A stretch of DNA of 64,000 nt. Origin: Neoechinorhynchus agilis (lineage: Eukaryota; Animalia; Acanthocephala). Each line of letters starts with the position of its first letter. Position 1 is the stretch's first letter. The stretch is taken from NCBI GenBank assembly GCA_051530055.1, contig CM121341.1, forward strand, positions 4,380,784-4,444,783, read 5' to 3'. This document shows positions 33,876 to 45,467 of the stretch, piece after piece. The notes under the pieces were generated by a model. That model was given only the letters and a program-made list of their open reading frames with translations. It ran no database searches and had not been told where the DNA came from. A program made the translations under genes and the position numbers.

Positions 33876-35650
33876 GCCTTTTACCACTTCTGGAACTTCT
33901 CAAGATTTCACATATTTAAAACTTCAAGAGCAATAAATTGAAGAAGGCCTAAGAATTATCAAATAAATCAATTGTTCGATAATTCTCGCCTTAAAAAAAG
34001 AAGTTAAGAAAGGTTGAACATCCTCGAAAATTGCTTACAATGCCTTTTACCATTTCTGGAACTTCTCAAGATTTCACACATTTAAAACTTCAAGAGCAAT
34101 AAACTGAAGAAGGCCTAAGAATTATCAAATAAATCAATTGTTCGATAATTCTCGCCTTAAAAAAAGAAGTTAAGAAAGGTTGAACATCCTCGAAAATTGC
34201 TTACAATGCCTTTTACCATTTCTGGAACTTCTCAAGATTTCACACATTTAAAACTTCAAGAGCAATAAACTGAAGAAGGCCTAAGAATTATCAAATAAAT
34301 CAATTGTTCGATAATTCTCGCCTTAAAAAAAGAAGTTAAGAAAGGTTGAACATCCTCGAAAATTGCTTACAATGCCTTTTACCATTTCTGGAACTTCTCA
34401 AGATTTCACACATTTAAAACTTCAAGAGCAATAAACTGAAGAAGGCCTAAGAATTATCAAATAAATCAATTGTTCGATAATTCTCGCCTTAAAAAAAGAA
34501 GTTAAGAAAGGTTGAACATCCTCGAAAATTGCTTACAATGCCTTTTACCATTTCTGGAACTTCTCAAGATTTCACATATTTAAAACTTGAAGAGCAATAA
34601 ACTGAAGAAGGCCTAAGAATTATCAAATAAATCAATTGTTCGATAATTCTCGCCTTAAAAAAAGAAGTTAAGAAAGGTTGAACATCCTCGAAAATTGCTT
34701 ACAATGACTTTTACCATTTCTGGAACTTCTCAAGATTTCACATATTTAAAACTTGAAGAGCAATAAACTGAAGAAGGCCTAAGAATTATCAAATAAATCA
34801 ATTGTTCGATAATTCTCGCCTTAAAAAAAGAAGTTAAGAAGGTTGAACATCCTCGAAAATTGCTTACAATGCCTTTTACCACTTCTGGAACTTCTCAAGA
34901 TTTCACATTTTAAAACTGAGCAATAAACTGAGGAAGGCCTAAGAATTATCAAATAAATCAATTGTTCGATAATTTCGCCTTAAAAAAAGTTAATAAAGGT
35001 TGAACATCCTCGAAAATTGCTTACAATGCCTTTACCACTTCTGGAACTTCAAGATTTCACATATTTGAAACTTCAAGAGCAATAAACTGAGGAAGGCCTA
35101 AGAATTATCAAATAAATCAATTGTTCGATAATTCTCGCCTTAAAAAAAGAAGTTAATAAAGGTTGAACATCCTCGAAAATTGCTTACAATGCCTTGTACC
35201 ACTTCTGGAACTTCTCAAGATTTCACATATTTGAAACTTCAAGAGCAATAAACTGAGGAAGGCCTAAGAATTATCAAATAAATCAATTGTTCGATAATTC
35301 TCGCCTTAAAAAAAGAAGTTAATAAAGGTTGAACATCCTCGAAAATTGCTTACAATGCCTTGTACCACTTCTGGAACTTCTCAAGATTTCACATATTTGA
35401 AACTTCAAGAGCAATAAACTGAGGAAGGCCTAAGAATTATCAAATAAATCAATTGTTCGATAATTCTCGCCTTAAAAAAAGAAGTTAATAAAGGTTGAAC
35501 ATCCTCGAAAATTGCTTACAATGCCTTGTACCACTTCTGGAACTTCTCAAGATTTCACATATTTGAAACTTCAAGAGCAATAAACTGAAGAAGGCTTACG
35601 TGAAGGCCCAAGAATTATCAAACAAATCAATTATTTGATAATTCTCGCTA
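33876..35650. repeat. Tandem satellite, 166 bp unit, ~10.7 copies, containing a palindromic GAATTATC...GATAATTC motif
   Basis: GCCTTTTACC at 33876, 34042, 34208, 34374 and onward. Confidence 0.97.
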
Positions 35651-37311
35651 TAAAAAGTAATTAAGAAATGTCTTTACGAAAAATCACCGTTCCTATGGTT
35701 CAATTTTGTGGGAAACCGAAGTTAGTGCTCAATCAAAATATTTATGAATTTTTTTTCTTTTTTATAACTCGTAAAATACTCGCTAAATACTCGACTGCTG
35801 ACAAATTTTAATTCGCATTACCAGCCTAAACCTTTTTTTTATTAAATATTACGATGGAATGTTTAAACGCTGATTTTCCACTCAAACTTAATCTTTTAAA
35901 ATTGCGTGTTAAATTTTATAAAAATGATTTCGCAATGTCCACATTCTCCCATTGAAATTTGTGTTTTTTTTAATCAATCTAATTTGTTTCCTATGACGCA
36001 AAGAAACCCTTTAATTTTCATCAGCTCTGGATATTTTGCCATTCGAATTTGAAACGAATAGTCAACGACGGGGACACATTAAAATTTTCCTCATTGAATG
36101 GATGTGTCAAATTGAGCCATCAAAATTTTATTTTTATTATTTTAGACTCTTTTTTGGCTGAAGATCGTATAGTTCTATCCAGGCACAATAGCGATCCCCT
36201 CAAAGTGGATAAGAAAACGTGGAAGGGATATTTAAACACCGAGCGAAACAATAGCAAGACAGTGCCGCGAAATCGGTGCATTATTTTAGCAGAGTCTTCA
36301 CATTTGCTCGAGGCTCCCAGTGGTCATTAGGCAATTCACAAAAGCACTTCGTATATATACGGAACCTTAGGCAGTCTGCACTGCTTGCTATCGAATCCTC
36401 AGTTGTCTCATTTGTGATTTGAACGTACTGATTTCGTATTATGGTCACTTTGGGGTTGAGAATCAATTTGCGGTTTGTTTAAATGGATTCATTTAAATTG
36501 GCGTAGAGCATTAGGACGCTCTCATAGAAGCCCAATTCTCGTTTCATTAGTCGATTACATTATGCTTCCCTTGTTGTTCCTCGCTACAAGTCTTTTACGA
36601 ATTATGCAAGTTTTCACCTCTTGTGATCTTAATATCTTTTTATAGATCTAATAAATGGTACTTGGACAGTCATCTGTACTCTACGTTTTACGATTCTTTT
36701 TTTTTTGATATCTTAGAAAGCAACGTGAAGTTGGTTCTTTTAATCAAGAGAAAATGTGTAATTTTTAGGTACCAATTTGGGGATTTTTCGCGGAAAGATT
36801 AAATCGTACACTCCAAATCTTAAGGTAGGTTTGGCATCAGAAATTCGACATAAGGACCGTTAAGGGCGATCGTGCCACTGATGGACAAAATGGGATTTGA
36901 TGTCATTGTTCCATGTTAAATCGCTCACAAATTCCGCTCATTAATTGATAAATTCATTCCAACATTTAAAGGCGGCTCATCTTAACACTCATTATTGAAT
37001 TTATCGATAAAATACACATCTAATTGGAGTCCTTCAGGATTCCCTCAAGGTTTCCATCGCAGACCGAAGTATATTTCGACTCTTATAAGATTTCGTTAGT
37101 GGAGGTGTTCACTGCCTCACTTTTTCTGGATTTTAGAATTGTGACCGATTTAAGACATCCAACCAAAGAAGATGCTAAACTTGTGAGCCAAGTGAAAGAT
37201 CACAAATTTATAGAAATAAGAAACTTTTTTTCAAGCAAAGATTATCACTCAAAGATACAGTCATTTTGTTTCGATAATTTTTTCATTACTTCACAAATAC
37301 AAGAGCAGCTT

Positions 37312-38484
37312 TCATAGTTGTAAGTCCATCGTGGAAATAATTATTATCAGCGATGGCAATAATACAGAAACGAGGATGCAAACAAACAGAATCATTTTGG
37401 CAATCCGACATTTCAAATGATTGTCACTTTCTGGTGTCTGAACTCCAAAATTACGCTTTTCACATTCTGATTGAACCGAAACATCAACTCTCTCAATTGA
37501 ATTCATGTTAAAGTATTCATTGTGCTCGCTATGAGGTACCAAAAAGGCAAAGAAACTCTTCGACATACAAAGTCTTTCCTTAGAGCAAATAATTTGCCTT
37601 TCTAGTAAATTGAATCGCTTCATTTCACAAACATCAACAATATATTTAAGAGCATTTTCGGCTGAAAATATTATCGGTTCAACTTTTTTTAAACTTTTCA
37701 ATAATCGCTGTATATAAAATATTTGAGAAAATTAAAGATTAATTTAAGGTTTGACAAACCTTTTGAATATTATTTGAGTAGTCCTCGAAAGGACCGCCGG
37801 ATAAATTCAACATCTTTTCCAATGATTCCGTTTCTGTTTCAATATTTTGCAAATGTCCACGAATTTGCGAAATATTCTTCTCAATCCTTTTCCAGTGCTC
37901 GATTTTACTTTTAATCATCGATTTACTCTTTGAGATTCTTGGCGGAACATTTAAATTAACTAAACGGATTCTTAATACCTTTCACGTTTAAAACGTATCA
38001 AATTATCTAAAGAATCAAATTGATCTTCAAAATTTGCAAAAGTATCACCGGTAATTTCCAATGAAAGATCAAAACATTTTGTACGAATATCTCTTAACTT
38101 AATGGACGCCTTAATAAGATTCTTTAGACTTTCCTAAAGATTTGTCAATATAAATTTAATTTTTGACAAAAATACAAACCAAATGGGCAACTTGAAGACT
38201 CCTCAGATCTGACCAATGGGAAAACTTCTTTAAGTCAATAAAATCGCAAATGTTATTTACGATATCCTCAATTGAATTAAATCTTCTTTTTATATCTTCA
38301 AACCTCAACAAGTTTTCTGTATTCTTCTCTGAATTCAGTGCCTAACAACAGAATTTTTTTATTTTCAATTGTTAATTTAACATAAAAAAACCTCGTTGGC
38401 GATAAACCATTCAAAGTTTTGATCGGTTTCAATGACAATAAAATATTCTTTACTTTGATTGTTGATACTTAATGAATCGCTCAT
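37312..38484 (-). CDS. Uncharacterised helical/coiled-coil protein with C-terminal transmembrane helix, 5 exons, ~327 aa
   Basis: Four short GT-AG introns give an open frame from MSDSLSINNQ to ...MILFVCILVSVLLPSLIIII. A 1-nt insertion relative to copy 2 shortens the tail after the TM. Confidence 0.75.
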
Positions 38485-38976
38485 TGTTTACTCTTCAAGC
38501 TTTCCTTTTTTTCGCTTACTGAGGCCACTGAAACTTTTCGTTCATTTGATTGGGATAAAGGAGAATCATTCTCGGTTTTTTCACTTTACAATTTTTATAA
38601 ATTAGCTTAAGAAATAAATGACCGGCGAAAAGATTATAAATGCGATAATAGCTAAGCTCAATCGAAAGTGTAGAAAATGTCTCCATTAGGAACAAATACA
38701 AAGCATTGCGTTCAAAATTTAATGTTAATTTCATTCAGTAATTAATGATTTTGGAAAGGTGAGATTATGTTAGGCAATTAAGAAGATTGTTCATTTTGCT
38801 CAATGTGCGTTAATTCGCTTATATTATTTAATACTTTTTGTTAAAAAGTAACATTTTTTAATTTATTTTTTCTCAAAAAAATAGAAATAAGTTTTGGTTG
38901 ACACAAGAAAAACTAAAAATCCAACGTTTAAGCGTTCTTTGACTCTTTTGCCCCAACCGGCATAAAACTTCTTCAT

Positions 38977-40371
38977 TTAATTTCCGTTGACCGCGTCCTT
39001 TGGCTCCATTTGTCGAATATTTCCACGATAACAACCGTTAACTTTGCTTTGGGAAACTCCAGCTTGAGAAATTTTCGGAACCATAGTTTTCCATGGAGGC
39101 TGAGACGAAATTCCAAATTCGCGTTTCAAAATGTCGCTGACTTTTTCGTCGCCATCGTTACCTGCTACTAAGAGTTCAGCGTCGTAAGTTTGGCTCAAAT
39201 GATTAAAAGATAGGAATTTGCATTTTAGATGACCGAGAGGACCTTTCAGTGAATTAATTTTTATAAGGGCATTCTGAATTTGTCTCGAACTTCGTCTTAT
39301 TTCATTAAGATCTCTGAATCGGCACTTGCGAGCAAATGGAGGTTCAGCAAGAAAACGAATATCAATTGGAAGACATTTGTCGACTTTATCGATTATTCCA
39401 TAATCCAAAAGAAATACTTGGTATTCTCCTTTTGACCCGCTAATAATCGTCGCTCTTCTTGGCTTCTGATCGGTTCCGTGAAGAATCAAACAATAATCAC
39501 CGTTTTGGAAATCAAAATCGGCCGATTCATCTTTTCCAATTGTATCTTCCAACTCTTTTTCAAGCTTGTTTAAGCGTTCCGATTTTGTATATTCTTGAAT
39601 GTATCCTGTGTTAAGTAAGCTGAGAGCCGAAATAATACATTCGGCAGTTTCCCCGGTCATATCTTCGTTGACGAACGGATCTCTTTTCTCCAATTCCTTC
39701 GTTATGTCCATTTGAAGCTCCGGAGGAATAAAACACGAAAGTTGTTCATTGGTTGCTTTGGCGAGATTTGATTTTAGAAGATTGCTACTGACGTATTCCT
39801 GAATCTCCAAGTCTTTTAAGGTAACCTCAAAACAACCTTCAACTTCGTTTACTTTTAAAAAGGAACCCAGTAGGGTTCCGTTGTTTACTGCTGAATTGAA
39901 CCTGAACACGGCATCCTGAGACCAATTCTCTTCTTTATTTTCATTTGGAAGAGGTTTAATGCCGAGAAGTTTACACTTTGACGCAAATCTTGGCATTTTG
40001 GAGAAATTATTTTTTAGAGGTCGAATACATGACAGAGGGACGATTTCGGTGCGGCCTTCGTCCACTAAAAATGCGGGCACTGTATCTGAATTTGGATTGG
40101 CGGCACCAATAATAGCGCGGTGCCACAATTCATCTTCCTGTGAGTAAATTACACACGAAAGGAAACCATAATATTGAAACTTTGGTGGATTTTCGTTTTC
40201 GAATTTGTACGATTCTTGCAGTTGATTGTGAAAATGTTTATATGCCACCGATTGATCGTTTCGACGGACATAGAATTCACTGGGATTTATGACATTGACG
40301 ACGTTGACTTCACATTGCTGACCGGTAAAGTCGAGAACTGGAATTGTAACAGTTAAGGAATAGTCGCTCAT
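38977..40371 (-). CDS. Intronless protein with two extended Tudor domains (TDRD-like), 464 aa
   Basis: VVNVINPSEFYV...EDELWHRA...FLVDEG...MPRFASKCKLLGIKP; the second domain has VFLLDYG...PPFARKCRF. Confidence 0.88.
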   Translation of the reverse strand: MSDYSLTVTIPVLDFTGQQCEVNVVNVINPSEFYVRRNDQSVAYKHFHNQLQESYKFENENPPKFQYYGFLSCVIYSQEDELWHRAIIGAANPNSDTVPAFLVDEGRTEIVPLSCIRPLKNNFSKMPRFASKCKLLGIKPLPNENKEENWSQDAVFRFNSAVNNGTLLGSFLKVNEVEGCFEVTLKDLEIQEYVSSNLLKSNLAKATNEQLSCFIPPELQMDITKELEKRDPFVNEDMTGETAECIISALSLLNTGYIQEYTKSERLNKLEKELEDTIGKDESADFDFQNGDYCLILHGTDQKPRRATIISGSKGEYQVFLLDYGIIDKVDKCLPIDIRFLAEPPFARKCRFRDLNEIRRSSRQIQNALIKINSLKGPLGHLKCKFLSFNHLSQTYDAELLVAGNDGDEKVSDILKREFGISSQPPWKTMVPKISQAGVSQSKVNGCYRGNIRQMEPKDAVNGN

Positions 40372-42076
40372 TTTAATTCGATTAATTTTAATATTAGTTC
40401 AAAAGTTTATGTGTCTAATTGAAAATAGTAGATTAGCAGAAGTTCAGCAAACAGCAAAATAAAGTTGAAAGTCAAAGTGAGAAGTCCGATTGGAAATGAA
40501 TAAGCAACTGTTCGATACCTTTTTTTGGATGATCAACGTTTGGGGGGGTAGTGCTGTAAATGCAGCAGTCAATAAAAGCAGCCAATCAGAATGCTTAATT
40601 AAGCGCGTCGGATCGTAAAAAGTACCAATCTCACTTATGCGAATTAAAGACGATGCTTAATTATGAATGGATGGTCTCGTGACTAATTAAAGAAAATTGT
40701 TTTTGATATTTGTTCATGAAATGCTTTAGAGAAAAGAAAAATCTTCATTCTGCGCCGGTTTTTGCGCCACTTATCTGTACGGTGATTCACTAGCGAGTAT
40801 ATTAAAAAAAATATAGTTTTATTTTACTGTTTATTTAGTAACGTCTGTTTATTAATTCCGTATTTTAATTAAGGAATGGTAATTAATTAAGGTGATTTAT
40901 CGATTTTAAATAACGCGCAATTGCTTGATAGACGTAAGCCAATTTTCGAAGTCGTCAAAATAATTTAGTTCCACTTTATCAAGATTACATTTGGTATTAA
41001 ATACAGAAATTATAGATATTCATATCTATATAATAAATTAATTGATAAAGATGCGCTAATTATTGCATCATAATAATTAATTACTTTTCGCTGGACAAAG
41101 CTGCGATATTATTTTCCTAAGATGAAATGAAACAACGAAGAAAGTGGAAAAATTGCGCTGTGCGAATCGAGTTTTTGTGGTCGTAAATTAAAGATTAGTT
41201 TTTGCGGTACACATTAAAATGTTTTATTCGACTTTATAACTATTCCCTGCTATAAAATTGAGGTTTACTCCACAATAAAAATTAGTGGCCGAATATAATC
41301 ATCTGATAAATTCCAAATTGCTTGTGTCCCACCATTCCTAGACCGCTACTAGAAATTCGTCCGACAAAACAGAACAAATATGCGCCAAAAATTAACTCAG
41401 TTGTCCGTGGATGTTAATTTTTTCGATTAAAAGGTCGACTAGTCGACAAAGATGAATAGCAAGGAAGTGGCCTGCATCTCCAACTGAGAACGACATCATA
41501 TCCTTAAGGTGCTGAGGATGAAGCCCATCGAGGCCTCTCAGTTCAACTGTCAAAGTGGAGTGTCTTGGATGGACGGAATATGAGGAATTTCTGTTTGGGT
41601 TGAACTTTTCGAATGCTTCAACTTTAAACCCTGAAGTGTTGAAGGCGAATCACTTGCAAATTTATCAGAGGAGGACAAAATGCGAACGGCTCTCCGAACA
41701 TCTCCACCAGCGAGTTTTGAAGATACCTCTCCGCGAGCGGTCTCGTAGATGTTCGATGGCAGTTAACCTCGTTCACACATTGTTTGGAATCCTCCTTTGC
41801 TAAACGACGTATTCTCAAGAAACTTTCCTCAAAGAAAACGAGGCGTCTTTTAATTACCGAAATGAGGGACTCTCTCTGAATTTTGATCGCAGCAGTCCAG
41901 CAGGAGTGTGGCAGTTGCTAAGCATCGTTACAGCTCCTGAATCTACACAAAGTTCGCGATAGAAATAGAGTTTAAAGTTCGACAAACCGAAAAAAGAATT
42001 TATTCTCTAGGCTAAAAACAACCATAAAAATCTTATTAGCATTGGATTTGGCCCTGGATTTCGTTTCTTCGTAAAA

Positions 42077-43839
42077 TTATTGTTCATCGTCGCCAGAATC
42101 ATCACTTTCTTGGTGTTCAAGATGCTCATCTTGACCTCCCGATGCTTTTGAGACACAAGGAGGGCAAATCCATTTGAAGCCGATAACATCGTCGGCCAAT
42201 GGATCCAGCGGTGGATTTAAGCATGCTTTATCGAATTTCTTATGGCACGTCGAACATTCCATTTGAAATGATCGCCAGTTGCTCTTTTTGCAAATCTCGC
42301 AAGGCTCATTGATTGATTGTGATATCTTGGCTACTTCCTCGTTGCCACCATTATTGGCGATCAATATTTGTCGTCGTGTAGCATAACCAATGCGCGATTG
42401 ATCTTCGAATCGGATATCGCACAATTGTAAAACTTCGTTAATAATCATCGCAGCTGCCTGAGTTTCTCTGTATCGATTTACGAAATCGGACGTTTTCTCG
42501 GACTCATAAAGTAGTCTGGCAAGCAGATCCATCGAATCATCGAGTTCTGATTGCAACTCAGCGATCTGTTCTTCACGTCGAACAACATAATCGTAGTATT
42601 GATCGGAAATGGAAGGGAAAACTCGCATGTCGTCTTCAAGATCGTCGCATGAAATCATTTCTTCGTACTCCACAAGACGGCGTTTACGGGTTTTCGCAAG
42701 AAATACAGATTCAACGAGGTCTCTTGTTCTGTTTATTCTACATGGATTTCCATATTCGATTACATTGTTTCTACATGGATTTCCATATTCGATTACATTG
42801 TGATTCACGATCAATTTGCTGGACTCGTTTTGAACTTCTTTGATTCTAAAGGCCAGATTTGCGTTGATCTCATTAACTGCAATTCGTCGCTTTCTCGATT
42901 CTAGTTTTTCGGCATGGACCATGCAATTACTTTCCGGTTCATCGTGCTTAATAGAAATAAATCAATAAAAAATGATTTCTCAATAAAAAAACGACATACT
43001 ATTTTACTAGGCATTCCAATAAGGCCGCGTTGATATCCGCAGGTTACATGAAAAGCCGTCTTACACGTCCCAGATTCACAGCGAACCCGAACTCCGGACG
43101 ATTCTACTTGCTGATCGGTGCAGTATTTACATGGCTAAAAGAAAAATTGCTTAAAAGTACAACGAAAGTGAAGGTCACCGACCGGCTGAGTATATTGCGA
43201 ATTTGGAATTGAGTCTAAATCAATATAGCCAATTGATCGAAGTTGGGATTGTGTGAGGTGTTGGATGAATATGGCGCAAATTAGATGGCAATATCTAATT
43301 TTAGGGAAATTAGTCGCTTTTATTATTTGAAAAAAAGCTCACCTCTTAGTATTAGTTCGCTTCAGGACTCCAGAATTCTCATTGGGGCATAATTCACAAT
43401 GAGGACGGAGATTTCCACCTTTGCAAGGATCACACAACCATGTTTTTGTTCCCATTGATTCCTCGGAAACACCATAGCAGAATTTATGAACATTTTTTGA
43501 GCATTTTGAACATTTGAGGATGGGATTTATACTTGAACTTAAATTAGAGTTTAAATGTAAAGTGTAAAATCATTGAACGAACCTCGAAGAAGTAAGACAG
43601 ATTCCACACGAATCCTTACTTGATTTTACACGAGAAGATGAAGATTTTGGAGTGCTTAAATCGTCACTTTGGCCAGAATCGCTCCGTGAGTCCGAATAGA
43701 AACTCATCGAGTCACAAGTTTCCTGCTGGTATTCTTCGTCATCGGAACTGATGTTTGAAATGTTCAATTCGACGGGGTTTCTTTTAAAAGCGGCCAGTCG
43801 TTTTGGGCGCTTGGCTGAAGAAGGAGAAATGTCGGACAT
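42077..43839 (-). CDS. PHF14: PHF14-like protein (PHD + extended PHD/PZP, coiled coil, PHD); exons 43839-43583, 43537-43343, 43294-43183, 43134-43000, 42946-42077; 522 aa
   Basis: CGIC...CSKC..NVHKFCYG...WLCDPC; CELCPNE.SGVLKRT...YCHLICA; CKYC...CKTAFHVTCG; YYDYVVRR..I; CEICKK...CLNPPL...WICPPC. All four introns are GT-AG, 45-53 nt. Confidence 0.85.
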
Positions 43840-45467
43840 TTTTGTCGTTGGAGAATAGACTTTTTAATGATTAAAGGGATAACTCAAATCTGAAATTCGT
43901 TAGCCAGTGCGAATCTTTGGCAAATTTCAAAGCGTTTTGCAATCTTCAAATAAAAATGGAGACTGTCAAAATGGGGTTTTGTCTACGACTTGTGCTTCTG
44001 ATCGAGATTTTCTTTGCTTATTTACCATGGACGAAATAGTGGTGCTTTAAAAACAGCGAATTTTTATTTAGAAAAAAAAACAGTCAGTGAGTAGATAAGA
44101 GTTTTCCGTGCTATCGAGTAATACAAGAAATGATTATAGATTTCCGATCACTACGACTTTAAGCCAATTAACAGCAATTCTTAAAAACGCTCTCGAATTT
44201 GGCATCGGTGACACTTTAGAAGGCTTTCTCAATGGATTTCGTATCCGAGGCAGGAATTTTTTATCTTCAATGATTCCGTGCCATAGAAATTATCACGTTT
44301 CTCAAGTATTGGAATGAATAAAAACGATCAGAATGCGTGGTGCAATGATCTCTTTACGGCTCCAAATTCCGCTCACCTCAATTTTCCACTAGCGTTCAAT
44401 CTCACATTTACAATGTTCACGAGATCAAAATGATAAACGCCATGCCAATAAAGAGAAACCACGTAATCGTCAAATTATCCTTGAAACGAACGGAAAATAT
44501 CCAAGTTACTCTAAGAATTTACAAATCCTTTGTTTTTTTTGAATAATTTGTTCATCAATACATTTACGAGCTGTATCCTTGCTTTGACAACGATGTTCAA
44601 AACGTTTGTAAGATTTATTCCATTTTGCAACAATTTAAAAGCGAGAAACCATTTGAATGAAGAAGTGAGACGATTTTCTGAGGTCCAATGATGTTATTTA
44701 TGAAATTATTTCGTCCAAAGTGAATTGCTCAATCGTTTTCGAAACACATTCTTTGGTGCTGTAATTTTCATTGGCATGATCGCTATTTGAAAAATCTCTC
44801 GACTTTTCTATGACTTGTATGCCACTCACATCTTCTACCGTTGAAATCACTGTCAATAATCAAGAGAAAAAATGGAGTTTTATTAGTTATCCTGAATGAA
44901 GGGCGTTTTTTAGCAGACAATTCACATTGACCGCAATCGAGATTATTTTATGAGATTTACAAAGTATTTTCTGCACGGAAAGTCCTGATGCTCACGTTTA
45001 GGCTAGTAAATCTTAAAACGAAAGTTTTAATTCAAATTAGAATTTAAATGATTTTTCCAACGGAGTATCGTATCCGTTTGAAGATTTTAAAATTTATTGT
45101 CTTGCAAAATAAGGTAATCTGATGAGCCTTGAGCAATCTTCTTGTAAAACTACCTTTATTTCTGAGAATACGATTCCGTTGTTTATGGGAATATTTAAAC
45201 AATTTCTACTGCTTCAATAATTTGTTGAGCAGTGATTTTTGTTGAAGTACAAAACGTGCAATCACCACCGTCCGCAAAATCTTAACTTCTCTCCTTCCTC
45301 GGCTGTTGCTATCACGTTAGCAGCATTGCCTCGTTGTACTGCGAGCGAGATATTTTGTCGCAGGAATACACCTGCTCGTGCGTCGCCGGTCGCTTTTCTC
45401 AATTTATTCGAGAGATCCTGGAGTCGCATACTTGTTGCTCCCTATTTCTAGCGCTCTCGAGAATAGA

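Larger units (their letters stand above)
36866..45168. repeat. Segmental duplication copy 1 (36866-44897 matches 52594-60811; 44900-45168 matches 62198-62466)
   Basis: Colinear, near-identical sequence starting at GCGATCGTGCCACTG in both copies. Confidence 0.96.

Noticed and set aside
1-35650. Tandem arrays as CRISPR loci; short ORFs inside satellites (e.g. 1201-1383, 27255-27443, 32151-32405)
   Set aside because: Units are contiguous with no unique spacers, there are no cas genes, and the DNA is eukaryotic. The ORFs are translations of repeats.
37245-37420. KASH domain call
   Set aside because: TM plus a ~27-aa Cys-containing tail fits, but the defining terminal PPPx is absent in every frame and splice option I tried.
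37520-37600. Weak hairpin in the last exon of the coiled-coil/TM gene as a stem-type intron
   Set aside because: The register gives a 46-nt removal and an immediate stop.
41555-41950. ORFs between the Tudor and PHF14 genes (also 57480-57908)
   Set aside because: Frames differ between the duplicates and there is no recognisable domain.
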